The notes below the pieces were generated by a model that ran no database searches, was not told the DNA's origin, and saw only the letters and a list, made by a program, of their open reading frames with translations. Made by a program: the position numbers and the translations under genes. From Acetofilamentum sp. (GTDB taxonomy: Bacteria; Bacteroidota; Bacteroidia; Bacteroidales; JAFGUD01): a stretch of 40,985 nt of DNA. Location of the stretch: positions 1 to 40,985 of the forward strand of contig DYKL01000003.1 in NCBI GenBank assembly GCA_020722645.1, written 5' to 3'. Below, in pieces: positions 16,673-26,500 of the stretch (the stretch's first letter is position 1; each line of letters starts with the position of its first letter).

Positions 16673-19600
16673 TTATATAATTGACAGAACGATTAATCCA
16701 ATAACTATAACTGCTGTTGATATTAAAAGTATATATTTTAGTTTTTTTTGTTTTTTTATAAATTTAAAAATTTTCTCAATTCCTGAAATACCTCTTTTAA
16801 GATGCTCAAAATAAAGAGGAGGATATAAAAGTAAAGTCATAAACCAAATGACAGCCATGTTAAACCAATATGTATCAAAATGTTTTCCGAAGAAATATTT
16901 TTCAGGAGCGTAAAAATGTGCTCTGAATCCTATAAAATTACTGTCGTCAGGTTCTTGGAAAATTGGCTCTGCCTGTCGTACTAGTTCATCTTTATATCTT
17001 AAAATTTTGTATTTTTCGTATGTGTTGGTAACTATATCTTTTACGTGTTCATTTTCGTATTTGTTACGTAATCTTATATATAAACCAGGGTCTTTTAATG
17101 CCATTGCATTTTTTAAAGCTTCTTTTTCGGAATCTTTCTGAAAATTTATTGTTCCGTAAAATTTTCCAAGTTCTTCAAAATAATAAACCGTTTCATCATA
17201 AATATCTTCATCGAATTTTTCTAATGTCAGGTAATCCATATAATCATAACTAACGTCTTCACCTGTTTTAGTAAGCTCCTTGCCGATTTCGTTTTTGAGC
17301 AAAGCAAGATTTTCAGTAATTATCTGGTCGATAGAATCTACATTGGCTTCTTCGTCAAAGTCTTTTGTGTCAATTCCGTCAATAATATCTGTAAGTGCTT
17401 CTTCCAATTCTGGTATCCAGTGAACTTGCATAAAGTCGGCTTTGCTTATCTGACGGTCAATTTCGAAAAATGCTTCTTCAAATACATTGTTTTTAAACTG
17501 ATGCACCATTAAAGCTTCGTATGCCCATCTGGACTGCATAAACTCTGCAACTACCGGAACCTTGTCTATACTTCCGATTTTTCTGTTTAATTTGCTAAAG
17601 CTGAACATTGCACCGCCTAATGACATTAATGGAATCATTATCAGCGGAATTAGGATATATATTGTTACGGCTGAATTGAAAGTTGCTGAAATATTAAGCC
17701 CCAGCATATTGGCATATACAAAAGTTGAAAATAGTGCAAACCAATAAAAAAAGTTCATTCCCACAATTCCCAACATTGTATTTCCTATCAAGACGTATTC
17801 AATTGCCTGTATTGCTGAAATAACAGTAAGAATTATTATTTTAGCCATTAAATAGCTTGACCGCGAAAGGTTTAGAAATGCTTCCCGTTTTAATATTTTT
17901 CTGTCTCTGTATATTTCTTCGGCACTAACAGTAAGTCCCAGGAATAATGCAACTACAATGCTCATAAATATGAACGGTGGAATGTTTTCATTGTCGAAGA
18001 AAATATATACGTTTGAGGTCGGGTCGGCAATATAGCGTATTAAAAATGATAAAATGAATGCAAGTAAAGGTGCTTCTGTCATACTAAGCACAATATACTG
18101 TGTATTGCTTAATTTAGAAAGCAAATCTCGTGTCAAAAATATTTTTAACTGATTAAACCAGTTTGGCAAATTAAGTGTTTTTTCGGGTTTATCGTCCGAT
18201 TTTTCGACACGTGATATTTCTTTTTGACCATAGTAGGTTTCAGACCAAGCAATCGGTGTTACTTTTCTGTTTGGAGTGTATCTGCCGAACTCATCAACAA
18301 CTTTTGCTTCTATAATATCAAAAATCAGTTCAGGTTTTACTGTTCCGCAAACATGGCATTCTCCAACATCACTGCTGACTTGTTTATCAAGGGTTTTGAA
18401 GTATATAATTGCTTCAACAGGGTTCCCGTAATATACCTGATAGCCACCTGTATCTAAAATCATCATATTATCAAACATTTTGTAAATGTCTGATGACGGT
18501 TGGTGGATTACTACAAAAATTAGTTTCCCTTTCAGAGCTAATTCTCTCAGAAGGTCCATTACATTTTCAGAATCTCTTGAAGAAAGACCCGATGTCGGTT
18601 CATCAACAAAAAGAATCAAAGGTTCTCTGATTAATTCTAATGCAATATTGAGTCTTTTTCTTTGTCCGCCGCTTATAAGTTTGTTGAAAACATTACCTAC
18701 TTTAAGGTGTTTTATTTTATCAAGACCTAAATTAGTAAGTGTTTGATTAACAAGATTAGTTAAATCTGAGTCTTTTTTATCTTTAAAACAAAGTTTGGCA
18801 CTGTAGTATAGGTTTTGAAAAACAGTTAATTCTTCAATTAATAGGTCGTCTTGTGGTATGTAGCCAATTGTTCCTTCAAGTTTATCTTTTTGTGTATGTA
18901 GATTTAAGTTATTAATCATTACAGATCCGGAAGTGGGAGTGTAAATACCGGATAAAATATTTAATAAAGTGGTTTTTCCTGAGCCGCTTGCTCCGAGAAT
19001 TCCTATTAGTTTTCCTTGTGTTTCGGATAAATTGATTCTTTGTAAGCCTATATCTCCTGTTGGAAATTTATAATGAACATCTTTAACGTCGAATGATAAT
19101 TTAGAAACAGAAATGTCAGATAAGAATTTTGCAACAACATCGCTGTAATAAACAGGTTTTCCTTTTGGTAGTTTCAGAGTACTTCCGGTTGCGTATAGGT
19201 AAATTCTTTGGTTGCTTATAGGTAAACCGTTTAAAAGGACGCCTTCGTTACCGGTGTAACGCATAAAATATAATTCTGAACTTGAAATTCTCAGAACTAA
19301 AATTTTACCGTCAATATGGTCTGTCTTAATAGAAAGGCAGCTTTGACACAAAACATCTTCATCGTCAATAATTAAAATGCAACTTTTGTCAATTTTTTCA
19401 AGTTCATTTTCAATAACAAAGTCTCTGATGTTTGAATAATCTTCTTTTGAAACATTAAACACCTCTGCAACGGTATCAATAATAGCCATTCTTTGTTCTG
19501 TAAACTGACGGCTAGTATTTACCATTTCGAAAAGACGGACAAGTACAACAATTTTTTGGTTTTGGTCTAAGGTTTTATTGATTTTTCTGCAAAGACCTAA

Positions 19601-19837
19601 TGTTCTAACGGATTCTTGAACCGGCGTGAGTTGTTTTTTCTTTTTTTCAACTTGTGCAAATTCGTCAATTTCAGCTTTTTCCTTGAATTTTTTAAGATAT
19701 TCCTGTACAGCTTCATGACCGAGTTGTTGTGTTAAAAAAGATTCAACAAATTCCAGTTCTTTTGTGTGTACTCCTTCATCTTGTTTTGCGATAATGGCAA
19801 GGAGTTGAATTAAGGCATTTAATATTTCTTCACTCAT
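16673..19837 (-). CDS. ABC transporter, fused ATP-binding and ABC-2-type permease (ABCG-like NBD-TMD order) with a roughly 245-aa N-terminal regulatory extension
   Basis: 1054 aa. Walker A GASGSGKTTLLNILSG, signature LSGGQRKRLNIALELI, Walker B ILFVDEPTSGL, and H-loop VIHQPS. At least six C-terminal TM helices with a long loop before the last ones. The N-terminus carries two TerB-like helical segments plus a beta-rich segment. Confidence 0.85.
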   Translation of the reverse strand: MSEEILNALIQLLAIIAKQDEGVHTKELEFVESFLTQQLGHEAVQEYLKKFKEKAEIDEFAQVEKKKKQLTPVQESVRTLGLCRKINKTLDQNQKIVVLVRLFEMVNTSRQFTEQRMAIIDTVAEVFNVSKEDYSNIRDFVIENELEKIDKSCILIIDDEDVLCQSCLSIKTDHIDGKILVLRISSSELYFMRYTGNEGVLLNGLPISNQRIYLYATGSTLKLPKGKPVYYSDVVAKFLSDISVSKLSFDVKDVHYKFPTGDIGLQRINLSETQGKLIGILGASGSGKTTLLNILSGIYTPTSGSVMINNLNLHTQKDKLEGTIGYIPQDDLLIEELTVFQNLYYSAKLCFKDKKDSDLTNLVNQTLTNLGLDKIKHLKVGNVFNKLISGGQRKRLNIALELIREPLILFVDEPTSGLSSRDSENVMDLLRELALKGKLIFVVIHQPSSDIYKMFDNMMILDTGGYQVYYGNPVEAIIYFKTLDKQVSSDVGECHVCGTVKPELIFDIIEAKVVDEFGRYTPNRKVTPIAWSETYYGQKEISRVEKSDDKPEKTLNLPNWFNQLKIFLTRDLLSKLSNTQYIVLSMTEAPLLAFILSFLIRYIADPTSNVYIFFDNENIPPFIFMSIVVALFLGLTVSAEEIYRDRKILKREAFLNLSRSSYLMAKIIILTVISAIQAIEYVLIGNTMLGIVGMNFFYWFALFSTFVYANMLGLNISATFNSAVTIYILIPLIMIPLMSLGGAMFSFSKLNRKIGSIDKVPVVAEFMQSRWAYEALMVHQFKNNVFEEAFFEIDRQISKADFMQVHWIPELEEALTDIIDGIDTKDFDEEANVDSIDQIITENLALLKNEIGKELTKTGEDVSYDYMDYLTLEKFDEDIYDETVYYFEELGKFYGTINFQKDSEKEALKNAMALKDPGLYIRLRNKYENEHVKDIVTNTYEKYKILRYKDELVRQAEPIFQEPDDSNFIGFRAHFYAPEKYFFGKHFDTYWFNMAVIWFMTLLLYPPLYFEHLKRGISGIEKIFKFIKKQKKLKYILLISTAVIVIGLIVLSII

Positions 19838-19858
19838 TTTTTAATAATAGACATAATA

Positions 19859-20251
19859 TTAGTCCACTTCATAGCTTACTTGTTCAAAAGGTACTTCAAC
19901 TATATCAGCATATTCTTCGCCTGCCTCTTCCATATCTTCATCATCTTCGGGATAATGCCATCTAACGAGTACATCGTGACCGTCGTCGTACATATCTTCT
20001 AATTTTAATAAAACGTCAAGCAATAATTTTGAAGATGCTGTGTTGAAATATTCGAGTTTGAAATCGAAAATCGTTTTTTCCATAGGTGACTGTGCATATT
20101 CATCTAACCACTCTAATATAGGTTCGTAAAATGCTACAACATCTTCGGGCAGTGAACGACCCGAAATTTCAAAAATCGGATTATCTTTATTTGGATCTAA
20201 TATTACCTTAGGAGTGTCATCTGTACCTTGAATTTTAATTGGCTGTAACAT
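19859..20251 (-). CDS. DUF1987 / SiaC-like regulatory phosphoprotein
   Basis: 130 aa. Motifs GTDDTPKVILDP, ISGRSLPEDVVAFYEPILEWL, LEYFNTASSK (candidate phospho-Thr71, codon 20039-20041), VRWHYPEDD, and an acidic tail. These match my recollection of the DUF1987 family pattern. Confidence 0.7.
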   Translation of the reverse strand: MLQPIKIQGTDDTPKVILDPNKDNPIFEISGRSLPEDVVAFYEPILEWLDEYAQSPMEKTIFDFKLEYFNTASSKLLLDVLLKLEDMYDDGHDVLVRWHYPEDDEDMEEAGEEYADIVEVPFEQVSYEVD

Positions 20252-20276
20252 ATTTGATTTTTTTTTTTGTTAAAAA

Positions 20277-20867
20277 TTAGTTATCTGATTTTAAACGAGA
20301 AATAGTAGAAGTAAGAACAAAAAATGATTTTTCTTCGTCAATTTTGATGAAACTGTAAACCAGTTTTTGTCCTGTTTTTCGGGCAATATCAATAAAACCT
20401 AATCCGGCACCACCTTTTTCCGAAAGACGTCCTTCTTTAATTTTTTGTTTATAGAGTTTATTAAGCTCTTCTTTGTCGAGTTGATTTATGTGTTCAAGCA
20501 TTTTTTTCAACTCGTCAATTTTTTCGTTGATAACCACATTTCCGGTTGTAACGTTATATTCTTTTTCGTCTTTGCTTACCAAAAAAATACCTCTTCCATC
20601 TTTAGACTCAACAAAGTTAAACTGATTATCTGCGTGTTTGCTTATGTTTTGTAAACATTCGACCATAACATGAAAAACTTTCTTTTGAACCGAACTGTAA
20701 TCTTCATCCTTAATCATATTGTTTTCAGTCAAAGATGTAAAAGCTTTGGTTATCTGATGTGTAATTTCTCCCTCGTAAGCTAAGTTTATATTGTTTTTTT
20801 TCATCTTAAGATAAAAATCGTAAACAAACTCAAGGGATTTTTTACTGTCTTTTAAAATATTTGCCAT
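20277..20867 (-). CDS. SiaB-like protein kinase (GHKL/HATPase-like, anti-sigma-kinase fold)
   Basis: 196 aa. N-box-like VECLQNISKH and G2-box GGAGLGFIDIARKTG. Its size, and its position between a PP2C gene and a DUF1987 gene, fit the assignment. Confidence 0.7.
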   Translation of the reverse strand: MANILKDSKKSLEFVYDFYLKMKKNNINLAYEGEITHQITKAFTSLTENNMIKDEDYSSVQKKVFHVMVECLQNISKHADNQFNFVESKDGRGIFLVSKDEKEYNVTTGNVVINEKIDELKKMLEHINQLDKEELNKLYKQKIKEGRLSEKGGAGLGFIDIARKTGQKLVYSFIKIDEEKSFFVLTSTISRLKSDN

Positions 20868-20882
20868 ATTTAGAAAAAGTTT

Positions 20883-23492
20883 TTAAAATTCAACACCTAA
20901 TAATATTATATCATCAATTTGTTTGTGTTCTCCTTTCCAGTTTAAGAAAAGGTTTTCAATAATATTTGAAAATTCAAAAATGCTTGCATTTTTGTTTTCT
21001 TCAATTGTTTCTCTGATTTTGTTGTTTTTCATTTTCTCTCCTTTTTCACCACCAACTTGGTCAGCAAGACCATCAGAAAACAAAAATATTTTGTCGTTTT
21101 GCTTGTAATTAATAACGTAGTTTTCAAAGTTTTTTTCAGTTTTATTTTTCATAGGAATTCCTCCTATGGCTTTCAAAGAACCTTTATACTGTACTAATTC
21201 ACCATTATTTTTCAGATAATAAAGAGGTCTGTGTGCCCCTGCAAAGTCTAATTGATTTGTTTCAAAATTTATTTTACATAATGCAATATCCATACCATCT
21301 CTTGCTTCTGCGTCTATATCGTCTTGCTTTAATGTTTTTCTGACATTGAAATGAAGTTTGTCAAGGATTTGCCCTGCATTTAATTCTTTTCCTTCGGTAG
21401 ATACTATGTTGTTAATCAGGAAGTAACCAATAAAAGAAAGCAGTGCGCCCGGAACTCCGTGTCCGGTACAGTCTATGGCTGCAATATAAACGATGTTTTG
21501 TTGTGGGAAAATCCATGGAATATCGCCGCTTACTACATCGCGGGGGCGATAAAACATAAATGATTTGGGTAATGCATTCCTGATTTTATCTTCAGTCGGC
21601 AGAATAGCAGTTTGTATTCTTCTGGCGTAGTTAATACTTTCAGTGATACTTTTGTTCTTTTGTTCTATTTCTATTTGAATAAGTTTTTGTTCCGTAATAT
21701 CGTGAGCAACAAAAAGAACGGTTTCTAATTCATTGTATTCGTTAAATTCTGGGATTGCGTTAAATTGAACAATGCGGTCGTTCTGTCCTTCTGAGCCAGG
21801 GAAAACAGTTTCAGATTCAAATTTTACGTTGTTTTTTAAAATCTTGTCAAGGGCATTCTGAAAAACAAGTTCAATTTCAGCAGGTAAATTAGCTTCATTT
21901 ATGATATTTCCGATAAGGTTCCTTTTTCCGATACTGATGAACTGTTCTGCGATAGGATTTGCGTAAAAGAACCTACCTTCTGTATTTACTCGCACAATCA
22001 TATCAATTGAATTTTCGGAAAGAGCTTGCATTCTACCGCTCATTCTTTGTGCTTTTTCAGCAATTTTACGAACAGTTATGTCACGTGTATTAAAAATTAT
22101 ACCGTTAATAGCGGGGTTTTTGAGAAGATTTCTGCCGGTTGTTTCCAGCCAGATTTCTTCATTGTCGGATTTTTTGAATGTTGTTTCAAATGAAACAGGT
22201 TTTTCGGGATTATCAATTAAAGTAACAAAAGAAGATTTGAATTTATTGTTTGTATCTTCATCAAATACTAAAAATCCGTTTAGACCAACCAGTTCTTCGG
22301 CATTCATTCCAAGAATAGATTTTATAGACGGGCTTTCATAAGTGATAGTTCCGTTTTTGTTGTAAATTGAAATAACCTCAGATGCATTTTCCAACAAAGA
22401 ATAGAGCCTTTTTTGAGAACGTTCAACTTCTGCAATTTGGGCAGCAAGTTTACGGTTTGTTTCTTCCAGCTCCTTTTGAGTTTTCTTCATCTGTTCTGCA
22501 TTATATCTTAATTCTTCTTCATTTTTTTTGAGTTTATAAGTCATCTCCCTTGATTCTTGAAGAAGTTTTTCGGTTCTTTCGTTAACTTTAAGATTAAATA
22601 CAGTTTGCCCGACTATGTTTGAGATTTCTCTCATTAAGTTGATGGTTTTTTCAGGAAGTTTAGTTTCTAACGAAGCTATTTCTATAACACCCTGAAGTTT
22701 TTCATCACCCAGAAGTGGTGTAATTATAAGTGTTTTAGGTTTTTTGTCGCCAATAATACCGGAAGAGATTGTTGTGTAATTTTCGGGAATTTCACGTCTA
22801 TAAATAATGTCTTTTTCAAAAGCCGCAGCTCCAATAAGTCCTTGTCCGACTTTGAAAGATTTGTCAAAATATTTGCGGCGGTTGTATGCGTAATTAGCAA
22901 TGTTTTTTAAAAGTTTGTCATCTTCGTCATAAATGTAAAAAGCCCCTTGAACTGCATTCATATAATCAACCAAAGTCAATGTAGTCTCGTATGCTAAATC
23001 TTCAATTTTATTGTGAAAACGAAGTATGTCGCCAACTAATTCCTTCCCTTTTGCAATCCAGCTTTGTTCGGCTTCTCTTTGTGATGTTTCGATAAGGTTA
23101 TTACGCATAAGTAATAATGATTGCCCAAGCATATCGTTTGGATCGACTTCTAAGTCAGCAGCAAGTTCTCCTTGTCCGATTTTTTTTGCAAAATCAGAAT
23201 TTTTTTGGAGAACATCATTCATTTTGATGATAGTATAGTTAAGCTGATTTCTTATTTTTATAGTATTAATAATAAGAATATGAAATACTAGTGCTAAAAC
23301 TAAAGGTGCAGTATCTACAATATATATAATTGTATTGTTTGAGTGTATGTATTTAATACCGTTTATGTCAAATAAAAGGTCAAACCGATTTATTTCTATA
23401 ATCCAAGAAGTTAATAGAAACTGAAGTCCTATCAGAAATCCCAATAAGGTGTATTTATATCTTGTTTTTTTATTTATTGTGTCTTTATTCAT
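20883..23492 (-). CDS. Membrane-anchored GAF-PAS-PAS sensor with SpoIIE/PP2C phosphatase domain (SiaA-like role)
   Basis: 869 aa. Two N-terminal TM helices. GAF-like segment (GQGLIGAAAFEKDIIY...LQGVIEIASL). Two PAS/PAC-like segments (...FNTRDITVRKIAE and ...VAHDITEQKLIQ). PP2C motifs SGDIPW, AIDCTGHGVPGALLSF, FSDGLADQVGG and IDDIILLGVEF. Confidence 0.85.
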   Translation of the reverse strand: MNKDTINKKTRYKYTLLGFLIGLQFLLTSWIIEINRFDLLFDINGIKYIHSNNTIIYIVDTAPLVLALVFHILIINTIKIRNQLNYTIIKMNDVLQKNSDFAKKIGQGELAADLEVDPNDMLGQSLLLMRNNLIETSQREAEQSWIAKGKELVGDILRFHNKIEDLAYETTLTLVDYMNAVQGAFYIYDEDDKLLKNIANYAYNRRKYFDKSFKVGQGLIGAAAFEKDIIYRREIPENYTTISSGIIGDKKPKTLIITPLLGDEKLQGVIEIASLETKLPEKTINLMREISNIVGQTVFNLKVNERTEKLLQESREMTYKLKKNEEELRYNAEQMKKTQKELEETNRKLAAQIAEVERSQKRLYSLLENASEVISIYNKNGTITYESPSIKSILGMNAEELVGLNGFLVFDEDTNNKFKSSFVTLIDNPEKPVSFETTFKKSDNEEIWLETTGRNLLKNPAINGIIFNTRDITVRKIAEKAQRMSGRMQALSENSIDMIVRVNTEGRFFYANPIAEQFISIGKRNLIGNIINEANLPAEIELVFQNALDKILKNNVKFESETVFPGSEGQNDRIVQFNAIPEFNEYNELETVLFVAHDITEQKLIQIEIEQKNKSITESINYARRIQTAILPTEDKIRNALPKSFMFYRPRDVVSGDIPWIFPQQNIVYIAAIDCTGHGVPGALLSFIGYFLINNIVSTEGKELNAGQILDKLHFNVRKTLKQDDIDAEARDGMDIALCKINFETNQLDFAGAHRPLYYLKNNGELVQYKGSLKAIGGIPMKNKTEKNFENYVINYKQNDKIFLFSDGLADQVGGEKGEKMKNNKIRETIEENKNASIFEFSNIIENLFLNWKGEHKQIDDIILLGVEF

Positions 23493-23562
23493 TTAGACAT
23501 AAAATTATTTTCACAAAAGTACAAATAAAAAGTTTAAAATTATTATTTTTAAAAAAAATGTT

Positions 23563-26500
23563 TTATTCAAAAGTATCAAGCCATTCTTTATATAAATTAT
23601 CATCTTCTTGGTCAAATTTATCTGTTATGCTATCTTCAATTTCTTTTAGACGTTGATTTTCTTCTTCGGCTAACTGAAATTCTTTTAGTAATTCTTCCAT
23701 ATTCTGAGTCATAATTTTTTCTTGAATTACAAGTTCATTTTCAAGTCTTTTTTGTTCAGAAATATCAAAAGCCAGATATAATATTTTTACAATATTTCCA
23801 TGTATGTTTTTTACAGGAGTATATTGGTTTAAAAGCCAGACATCTTCGTCTGTCATTTTGTTTTTTCTTTTTACAACTATTTGTTGAAGTTCTCCTTGGT
23901 TGACTTTTTTCCAAATTTTTTCAAATTCTTCAAATTCTTCTTCTGGAATGAATTCTTTAATGTTTTTACCAATCATTATTTCAGGATCATATCCTAAAGT
24001 AGAAACGTGAATACTGTTTGAAGAAACAAAAGTACCTTCGGGTAAATACTCAGCTCGCATTAGTGTTTGATCCACCGCAGAAAACAATGCTGTTAGTTCC
24101 AGTTCGTTTTGTTGAGTTTTTTCGAGTAGTTCTTTTGTTTGTTGTTCCATTTTTTTTTCTTCGGTAATATCAATACCAAGATACAGTATTTCAATTACAT
24201 CACCTTTTGTGTCAAAAACCGGATTATATTGGTTTTTCAACCAAATGTCTTCGTCTGTAGTTTTGTTTTTTCTTCTAGCAACAAGTTCTTTTTGATTCCC
24301 TTTACAAACTTCTTTCCAGAGAATTTCAAAATCCTCTTTTTCATTTTCAGGAATAAATTCAAGAATTTTTTTACCAATCATACTGTTTACTTCATAACCC
24401 ATTATTGATTGGTGTACCTGATTTGATTCTATGAACACACCTTCTGTTGTATATCTGGCGCGCATAATAGTCCTATCAATACCGCTAAGAATGTTTTTAA
24501 GGGCAAGTTCTTTTAATTGAGCTTCACTAAGAAGGTCGGCAGCCATTTGTTCTACTTGTTTCTGTTCTGTTATGTCTATTGCAAGATATAAAACTTTAAT
24601 AACACTGCCTGTATTATCTTTGATAGGTGTGTATTGGTTTAATAACCAGACATCTTCTCCGGTTGCTTTATTGGTTCTTTTTACGGTAATTTGTTCAAGG
24701 TTTCCTTCTTTTACGCTATCCCATATAATAATGAAATTTTCTTTGTCTTCTTCGGACAAAAATTCCAGTATATTTTTACCAATCATATTTTGTTTGTCAT
24801 ATCCGAGAGTGTGGGTATGAATTTCGTTTGCATCAACAAAAGTACCATCGGGAAGATATTCTGCTCTCATAATTGCCTGGTCTATACCGGATAAAATACC
24901 GCTTAACTGAATTTCTTTTTGTTGAGCTTCGGTAAGTAGCTTTGCAGCAATTTGTTCTGCCTTTTTTTGTTCGGTAATATCAATACCCAGATAAAGAATT
25001 TTAATAACGTCACCGTCTTGATTTTCGATTGGCGTGTATTGATTTAACAGCCATATATCTTCTCCGGTGGACATATTGATTCTTTTGACAGTGGCTTGTT
25101 CCAGATTACCTCTCTTGACTCTGTTCCAAATTTTATGAAAATTATCTCTTTCGTTTTCGGGAATAAATTCAGTAATATTTTTCCCTTTCATATTTTCAAT
25201 GTCGTATCCCAGAGTTTGAGCGTGAATATCGTTTGCATTGATAAAGGTTCCATCAATATAATATTCGGCACGCATTATTGCCTGGTCGATACCGGTAAAT
25301 ATACCTCTTAGTTCAAGCTCGTTTTGTTTTGTTTGAGTAAGCAGCTCCTGTGCTTTTGCTTCTGCTTGTTTTTGTTCAGTAATATCAATAGCCAGATAGA
25401 GGATTTTAACAATATTATTATTTTCGTCAGAAATAGGGTTGTATTGATTTATTAACCATATTTCTTTGCCAGTACTTTTATTTACTCTTTTAACTGTAAG
25501 TTCTTTTGGCTTTCCGGAAACAACTTCTTTCCATAATTTTTTAAAATTTTCTCTTTCTTCTTCCTGAATGAAATCAAGGATGTTTTTACCTGACATATTC
25601 TGAATTTCGTAACCCATAATTCTTTGGTGAACAGAATTCGAGTTAATAAAGGTTCCGTCGACTGAGTATTCAGCACGCATAATTGTTCTATCTACGCCGG
25701 AGAGAACTCCTTTAAGCTCAACCTCTTTTTCTTGAGTTTCTTTAAGTAATTTTTGGGATTTTTCTTCAGCAACTTTTTGTTCGGTAATGTCAATAGCAAG
25801 ATAGAGAACTTTAATAACTTTGCCTTTGTCATCTTTGATAGGAGTGTACTGGTTCAAAAGCCAAATATCGGCTCCTGTCATTTTATTCTGACGTTTAACT
25901 GTAATTTGAATAGGTCTTCCGGCAGATACATCAGACCAAATTCTGTTAAAATTGTTAAGGTCTTCTTTTTGGATAAATTCGAAAATGCTTTTTCCCTTCA
26001 TTGCTTCAATTTCATAACCCATTGTTTGTCTGTGAACAAGGTTTGAATTGATGAATTTACCGTCAGGAGAATATTCGGCACGCATAAGAGTTTGGTCAAC
26101 ACCTGTAAGAATACCGGTCATTTCGATTTCGTTTCTTTTAGCTATCTGGTGTGCTTTGGTAACTTCCTGCATAGTATCCTGCAGAATTTTTTCACGGTTA
26201 GCTAATTCATCGGATTTTTTCTGAGATTCTTTAAGAAGTTCAATAGTTCTTGCGTTGATTTTTGCAGTTTCGAGAGTAGCAGCAATAGAACGGCAAAGCG
26301 TTTCAGAAAATTCCACTTCAAATTTTTCGAAATTTCTGATAGAAGCTATTTCAATTACCCCAAGTAAACCATTGTCGGTAAGTAAAGGGAGAATAAGAAG
26401 GTTGTTTGGTGGAGCATCACCAAGACCGGATTCAATTTCAAGATAGTCAGATGGTATTTGAGTCAGATGAATAGATGATTGGTCAATAGCAACTGTTCCG

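Noticed and set aside
16605-16814. 69-aa + strand ORF at the ABC gene 3' end; similar cases at 23462-23656 and 27700-27912
   Set aside because: They are AT-rich, hydrophobic and low-complexity translations that overlap real minus-strand gene ends and intergenic DNA. Nothing supports them.
19103-19400. Calling the beta-rich segment of the ABC N-terminal extension an FHA domain
   Set aside because: The strand rhythm is FHA-like, but the hallmark GR, SxxH and NG phospho-Thr-binding residues are not recognisable by eye. I leave it as a hypothesis for profile and structure search.
23689-26118. 405-bp tandem repeats as a non-coding satellite or mobile element
   Set aside because: They are in frame within one 1375-aa ORF and encode six PAS-like modules. 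The + strand ORFs at 24139, 24572, 24691, 25096, 25753 and 26255 are periodic antisense shadows of the same repeat.
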